From Armatimonadota bacterium (GTDB lineage: Bacteria > Armatimonadota > Zipacnadia > Zipacnadales > UBA5352): a DNA stretch of 59,209 nucleotides. The DNA is taken from positions 1 to 59,209 of the forward strand of contig JAYENL010000281.1 in NCBI GenBank assembly GCA_034722055.1, written 5' to 3'. Below, piece by piece: positions 56,676 through 59,209 of this stretch. Every line of letters starts with the position of its first letter. Positions within the stretch are counted from its first letter, which is position 1. The notes below the pieces were generated by a model. The model saw nothing but the letters and a program-made list of their open reading frames with translations. It ran no database searches and was not told the origin of the DNA. The translations under genes and the position numbers were made by a program.

Positions 56676-59209
56676 ATGCGCATGATCTGCGTGGCTGTCG
56701 TGCTGGCGGTGCTGCTCCCACTTGGGGCTGGGGCCGCTCCCTTCGGCGAGGACTGGCAGAAGGAGTGGACGCTCGCGCTCGAACACGCCTGTGACGCCGA
56801 TGACGTGGTGCGGCGGACGCCGGAGGGCGCGCTGGAGATCGACACCCCCGACGGCGGCCACGTGAACTGGTTCGGCGGCGAAGGCATGCACGACTTCGCC
56901 GTCACCGCGCGGGTGAAGTTCCTGCGCGCCGATGACAAGTACTCCGGCTTCAGCCTCTTCGTGCGCTGGAACGGGCAGGTGTGGAGCGAGCGCGACTGCT
57001 ACTGGATCTACCTGCGGCCGAAGTTCCGCAGCCTGTACATGCAGAAGGTGGTGGGCGGCAAGCTCGACAAGGCATTCCCGGAGAGGATCGAGGCCGTGCG
57101 GCCGAAGGCCACGCCGCTGAATGAGTGGATGACGCTGCGAGCGGAGGTCCGCGGGCGCAGGATCGAGGTGTATCTGAGACCGCAAAGCGGTCTCCACGAT
57201 GAGCTGCACCTCTCAGCCACCGATGACGGGCTCTTCCCGATCCTCAGCGGTCGCATGGGCTTCGGCGTCGGCAACGCGCACCTGATCGTCGCCGACGTGG
57301 AGCAGACCAACCTGGAGGAGAGCCACAAGCTCGAGATCGAAAGCTACGAGTACGTCAATGCGCCCAACCGGGGTGACGAGGCCCGGACGATCCTCACCGA
57401 CGGTGAGGTGAATCCGCGCGGGGAGCAGGCCTTCTGGCGGATGCTGGGGGAGAGCCCGGAGATCGTCTTCGACCTGGGCGAGGAGCGCTTCATCACCCGG
57501 GCGGTGCTGCGGGCGATCTCGTCGCCGGCGGTGAACATCGCATCGGCCGAGGTGCAGGGAAGCTCCGACGGGGAGCAGTGGCGGACGCTGGCGATGCTGA
57601 GCAACGAGGACTCCGGCCGGGCGGAGGCCGAGCACGCCATCGAGGGCCAGGTGCGCGGCGTGGCCCGCTACGTGAAGCTGATCCTCAACCGCCCGGCGGC
57701 GGATCAGGACGTGGAGCTGGCGGAGGTGGAGCTGTACGGGCGCGAGCCCACCGAGGAGGATCGCCAGGCTGCGGCAGCCGCCGCCTACGACACCGGCCCG
57801 CCGATGCCCGAGACCAGTGACGCCGGGCGCGAGGATGAGCACTACTGGTACCTGCAAAGCGAGCAGGCGCGCTTCGCCATCGACAAGCGGCACGGGCTGG
57901 TGGGCGGCGTCTGGTGTCGGGCGCACGGAGCGAAGTGCATCGAGCGGCTCAGCGACGGCTACTACCTCTACACGCGCGAGGGCGACACGGAGACCGACGA
58001 GTACGCCGACGAGATCACCCAGGTCCTCGACCGCGACGACAGGATGCTCCGCCTGCGGTGCCGCAATCCTCAGCTGCCGGAGATCGAGATCGAGAAGACC
58101 TACTCGATCAGCCCAGACGGCCGGCGGCTGATCAAGCGCGTGGCCTGGACTAACACCGGGGAGGCGGAGGATCGCTTCCTCACCCATCAGACGGGCGGGA
58201 TCGCCGTCGAAGAGTTCCGCCGCGGCGGCGTGTACATGGGCTGCGACCGCGGCCTGGGCGCGCGGCTGTTCGCCGACGAGGTGACCATGCCGCGGCAGAT
58301 CAGCGCCCTGGGCGCCCGCAACGCCAAGGTGGTGCTGCTGCACCGCTACGACCTGGGCTGGGGTGTGGGGCACTTCCGCCACCAGGTCAACGATCGCTGG
58401 TGCCGGCCGCTGACCTCCCGCTGGCACGAGCGCGAGAATCACCCGCCGATCTATCTGCCCAACGGCTGGGAGTTCGGCGTGGCCACGCTGCACCTCGCGC
58501 CCGACCGGGAGCAGTCCACGGAGGTGCAGCTTGCGCTCTACGACGGTCGGCAGATCGACTTCTACCGCATGTGGCGGAGCCTGCCGGAGACCGCGGCGGC
58601 GTTCGACTCCGTCGCCCGCCCGCGGTGGCACCTGGACCTGAAGACCAGCAGTAACATCAGCCAGTACTCCATCACCGAGGACCTGGGGCCGGCGCTGATG
58701 AGCATCGAGCGCAGCCTGGCGCTGGTGGAGACCGGGAACCTGTGGAACCTCACACACATCCACGGCGTGTGGGGCGAGTGGTTCACTGAGGGCGTGGTGG
58801 AGAGCGGGCAGGGGGCGAAGATCGATACCCAGTGGCTGAAGGACTTCATCGCCGAGTGCCACGCGCGCTCGCCGCGGGTGAAGCTGGGCGTCTACACCTG
58901 GGCGTGGGCCGTCCACCCCCGCTCGCAGGTCTATCAGCAGCACCCGGAGTGGTTCATCACCACGGACCGCAGCGGCCAGGTCTTCAACGCCTACTCCAAC
59001 ATGGTGCTCAATCACGCCCGGCGCCTGGGCATCGAGGCGAGCATGGATGAGCTGATCGGGCAGTTTGCGGACGTGATGGAGGACTTCGGCGGCGACTACT
59101 TCTACCTCGACGGTGGAGGCGGCGGGCAGAACCTGATCGACTGGGAGCACCTCGGCTGCGACCAGGACTACCACTACGAGGAGCTGTACCGTCGCATCCG
59201 CGAGGTGAC
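56676..59209 (+). CDS. Secreted multidomain protein (DUF1080-like lectin fold, discoidin/F5-8-like, GH-like TIM barrel); runs off the window
   Basis: Open from ATG 56676 to the window end, absent from the ORF track because no stop is in the window. Signal peptide, W.TLR.EV.G..I.VY, SGRMGFG, FDLG...SSDG..W...ARYVKL, HPEWF, YFYLDG. Confidence 0.75.
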   Translation, partial: MRMICVAVVLAVLLPLGAGAAPFGEDWQKEWTLALEHACDADDVVRRTPEGALEIDTPDGGHVNWFGGEGMHDFAVTARVKFLRADDKYSGFSLFVRWNGQVWSERDCYWIYLRPKFRSLYMQKVVGGKLDKAFPERIEAVRPKATPLNEWMTLRAEVRGRRIEVYLRPQSGLHDELHLSATDDGLFPILSGRMGFGVGNAHLIVADVEQTNLEESHKLEIESYEYVNAPNRGDEARTILTDGEVNPRGEQAFWRMLGESPEIVFDLGEERFITRAVLRAISSPAVNIASAEVQGSSDGEQWRTLAMLSNEDSGRAEAEHAIEGQVRGVARYVKLILNRPAADQDVELAEVELYGREPTEEDRQAAAAAAYDTGPPMPETSDAGREDEHYWYLQSEQARFAIDKRHGLVGGVWCRAHGAKCIERLSDGYYLYTREGDTETDEYADEITQVLDRDDRMLRLRCRNPQLPEIEIEKTYSISPDGRRLIKRVAWTNTGEAEDRFLTHQTGGIAVEEFRRGGVYMGCDRGLGARLFADEVTMPRQISALGARNAKVVLLHRYDLGWGVGHFRHQVNDRWCRPLTSRWHERENHPPIYLPNGWEFGVATLHLAPDREQSTEVQLALYDGRQIDFYRMWRSLPETAAAFDSVARPRWHLDLKTSSNISQYSITEDLGPALMSIERSLALVETGNLWNLTHIHGVWGEWFTEGVVESGQGAKIDTQWLKDFIAECHARSPRVKLGVYTWAWAVHPRSQVYQQHPEWFITTDRSGQVFNAYSNMVLNHARRLGIEASMDELIGQFADVMEDFGGDYFYLDGGGGGQNLIDWEHLGCDQDYHYEELYRRIREV
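57176..57197. repeat. Short palindromic element lying in frame within a CDS
   Basis: GAGACCGC-aaa-GCGGTCTC-CAC. Same architecture as the hairpin at 6143-6164. Confidence 0.65.

Overview
GC-rich bacterial chromosomal segment. Gene content (many large secreted CBM/glycoside-hydrolase-like proteins, DUF4838, DUF4091, UROD-like, PAC2) suggests a polysaccharide-degrading lineage such as Armatimonadota; this is inference only. Bases 1-8900 look like a decaying accessory/defence island abutting the 3' end of tRNA-Asn. It holds an MNT antitoxin with a truncated HEPN toxin, a 1.3-kaa type IIG-like N6-adenine RM enzyme, a Zn-finger hypothetical protein, a broken IS66 and radical SAM genes. The rest is core or lineage-specific: tRNA-Asp, a folM-folB/X-folK-folE pterin operon, csp, mutY, split znuA/znuCB, a Get3/ArsA ATPase, a DegT aminotransferase and CAZyme-like genes. 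The most unusual signals are: (i) a family of ~20-nt GGAG-anchored covarying hairpins apparently inserted at three unrelated sites (frameshifting an IS66 transposase, inside a REP, and in frame inside a secreted enzyme); (ii) a strong sigma70 promoter driving an array of four linker+stem-loop units at the left edge (candidate ncRNA); (iii) a Cys-rich ModA-like/TPR fusion + membrane Fe-S protein + thioredoxin-like lipoprotein + ABC exporter cluster; (iv) an IS-borne outward promoter with a G9 tract in its spacer; (v) an unlisted 57-aa membrane ORF after tRNA-Asp. All assignments come from motif recognition by eye; no searches were run.
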